NCBI GenBank assembly: GCA_937934705.1
Contig: CALGYY010000047.1
Location: 1-54,847 of the forward strand
Direction: 5' to 3'
DNA: 54,847 bases
Origin: an uncultured Bacteroidota bacterium
Lineage (GTDB): Bacteria > Bacteroidota > Bacteroidia > Bacteroidales > CAIWKO01
The notes beneath the pieces are model-generated. The model did no database searches, was not told the DNA's origin, and was given only the letters and a program-made list of their open reading frames with translations. Positions within the stretch are counted from its first letter, which is position 1. Every line of letters starts with the position of its first letter. The translations under genes were made by a program, and so were the position numbers. Shown one piece after another: positions 53,190-54,847 of the stretch.

Positions 53190-54737
53190 CTATTGAGGGT
53201 TAATGATCAGCGCTTTCATCTTACTGCCGGCCATGGTCATCACCAGCATACGCCCATCGGGCAAATCCTGCGAAGCATAGGGTACAATCCAGGCCTTATT
53301 CTTCTCATATGAATACAGGTTTCTGCGATTAATCTCCCCTGCTGCATTTAACTCGACCATGGTTACCACACCGGATTTCCCAAAATAACAATAATGTGTC
53401 TTCTGAGGATTCGGGGCATTATTCAATGCATTATCCGCAAAAACAAAATACAATTGTCCGTTACGTTCCGACATCACATAACCCAGGAAAGTGGTTGAAG
53501 AGCCTTTTTGCGCTTTGAGAATCTTCCGGGCTACATCAATTTTTCCATCCTGGTCAATTCCAACAACAATGATATTCTTATAATAATACGTTGTTCTTGT
53601 TGACGTTGTTCCGTTAGAATTGGTTGTGGTGGTGGTGACGATATCAAAATATTCAGCCACCAGGTATACGCCCCCGTCTTCCCTGAAAATAAGCTCGTCG
53701 AGCACGTAATTTAACATTTCTGTATTTCCGCCTTTGGCTGCCTTGTTCTCGGTTTTCTCCGCCTGCTTGTCTGTCATACCCTCTGTAATCAGTGAAATCG
53801 GGAAATCCATATGGTTGAAATTAACCTCACTGCCATCGCGGGCATCGAGCACGTAACAGAACGCTCCCTTGATCCCCTTCCCTTTCTCTGAGTAGAAACC
53901 TGCAGCCACCAAACGGTTATCTTCATCGCATCCGATCTGCATATCGGTGATATATAATTTACCCAGGTCAACTTTCGCTTCACGGGGTTCATTATCCTGC
54001 GGATCTATTCTGAGTATCGAATAATTGTAATTGCTTTCTTTGATAAAGGGCTTGGGCGGTCCGATGACCACGATGCCCGACAGATACACCACGCCATCAT
54101 TGGAAACGGCGACTTGTTCCAGCCTGAAATCCTTATCTCTTAGCGCAGAGGTTTGTGTGACATCGCTGACCACATTCAGATTATTGTCGATGACCATACA
54201 ACGAAACTTTTCCAGAGAACTTCTCTTCTCAGAGGGCTGATGAATCAGCGCCAGTTTGGTGGAGTCGGCTGAACGAACCCAATACAGGTTTCCGAAAGTA
54301 GGAAAAGGGCCCTTATCCACACTTACACTCATGACCTTGGTGGCTTTGGAAGAGAGCGTCCCATCCTCCGTATTGAAATCGTGATAATAATAAGTCAGCT
54401 GAGCGGTCCCCTTTTCCGTCAGTGTTGAAAAGATCAGGGTCTTTCCCTTGATTCTGACAGTAAAACTATAAGTGAGCGTGTTGCTGCCGTCTTTCAGCGG
54501 GAAGGTGGTGGATGAAACATAGCCAAGCTGACTGTTGAACTTCATGAAAGACACGCTGGTGGCCTGCATCAGCGGGTTGTACACAGGTGTCAGCAAGACC
54601 ATACCCCCGTCATTCAGAGACACCAGGGTAAACCCTTTCCGGATCAGGGTTTTCTTGAACGGGAGCCCCCATTTTAGATCCGCAGTTTGTGCCATGAGAC
54701 TACCGCCGATCAGGCACAAAAACATTAAATTGAGCAA
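53190..54737 (-). CDS. Hypothetical secreted protein
   Basis: 515 aa. N-terminal hydrophobic leader ending LMAQ and beta-rich composition. No family recognised. Confidence 0.55.
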   Translation of the reverse strand: MLNLMFLCLIGGSLMAQTADLKWGLPFKKTLIRKGFTLVSLNDGGMVLLTPVYNPLMQATSVSFMKFNSQLGYVSSTTFPLKDGSNTLTYSFTVRIKGKTLIFSTLTEKGTAQLTYYYHDFNTEDGTLSSKATKVMSVSVDKGPFPTFGNLYWVRSADSTKLALIHQPSEKRSSLEKFRCMVIDNNLNVVSDVTQTSALRDKDFRLEQVAVSNDGVVYLSGIVVIGPPKPFIKESNYNYSILRIDPQDNEPREAKVDLGKLYITDMQIGCDEDNRLVAAGFYSEKGKGIKGAFCYVLDARDGSEVNFNHMDFPISLITEGMTDKQAEKTENKAAKGGNTEMLNYVLDELIFREDGGVYLVAEYFDIVTTTTTNSNGTTSTRTTYYYKNIIVVGIDQDGKIDVARKILKAQKGSSTTFLGYVMSERNGQLYFVFADNALNNAPNPQKTHYCYFGKSGVVTMVELNAAGEINRRNLYSYEKNKAWIVPYASQDLPDGRMLVMTMAGSKMKALIINPQ

Positions 54738-54847
54738 GCGTTTTTTAATTATTCAGGTGGTTTAAGATAATCATCCAAAAATACAATTTTTTAATCAGTA
54801 GTGTCCGGTTAACTTTTTTGTAATCCTTGTAATATGCAGTAAAACAA

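Overview
About 55 kb of chromosomal DNA that looks like an anaerobic Bacteroidota-type organism. The supporting signs are an F-type ATPase operon atpBEFHAG without atpDC, an AtpZ-like gene, a PorW/SprE-like TPR lipoprotein, Wzi/RemB-like outer-membrane paralogs and TAnnTTTG -7-type promoter boxes. Most of the window is housekeeping: lnt, ferritin, the atp operon, dxr-rseP-recX, prfB with its programmed +1 frameshift, TrmH- and RlmI-like methyltransferases, PNP, lpxK, class I fumarase, an RRM RNA-binding protein, and several secreted or lipoprotein hypotheticals. I saw no rRNA, tRNA, CRISPR array, integrase or transposase. The standout is a block of 17 tightly packed minus-strand genes (30300-44298), with a divergent Crp/Fnr regulator (44491-45171). 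It has two parts. (A) DsrE-like, TusA, an MvhD-like protein, an HdrA flavoprotein with an embedded GltD/NfnB-type NAD(P)H module, a second HdrA and a QmoC-like membrane iron-sulfur/cytochrome b protein. (B) A DUF134 regulator, NifX-like, DUF5320, NifX-like, DUF89, CGGC, two MinD-ferredoxin ATPases, a ferredoxin, HdrC and HdrB. None of the partners that define the characterised Hdr/Qmo systems is present in the window (Mvh hydrogenase, AprAB/Sat, LbpA, Flx). I therefore flag it as a candidate undescribed membrane-coupled, NAD(P)H-linked Hdr/Qmo-like sulfur-relay redox system with its own metallocluster-handling cassette. Two regulatory architectures are readable directly. One is a perfect TGTGA-N6-TCACA palindrome in the divergent regulator/operon promoter region. 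The other is a pair of identical 14-bp perfect palindromes bracketing a TAccTTTG box in front of the DUF134 gene. Also notable are a 162-bp tandem repeat built from three roughly 54-bp hairpin subunits, next to an array of 7-8-nt repeats (23481-23938). Two unrelated secreted proteins share a lysine-rich C-terminal tail ending KHCx[KR]F. All family calls rest on motifs I recognise by eye and need HMM or BLAST confirmation.
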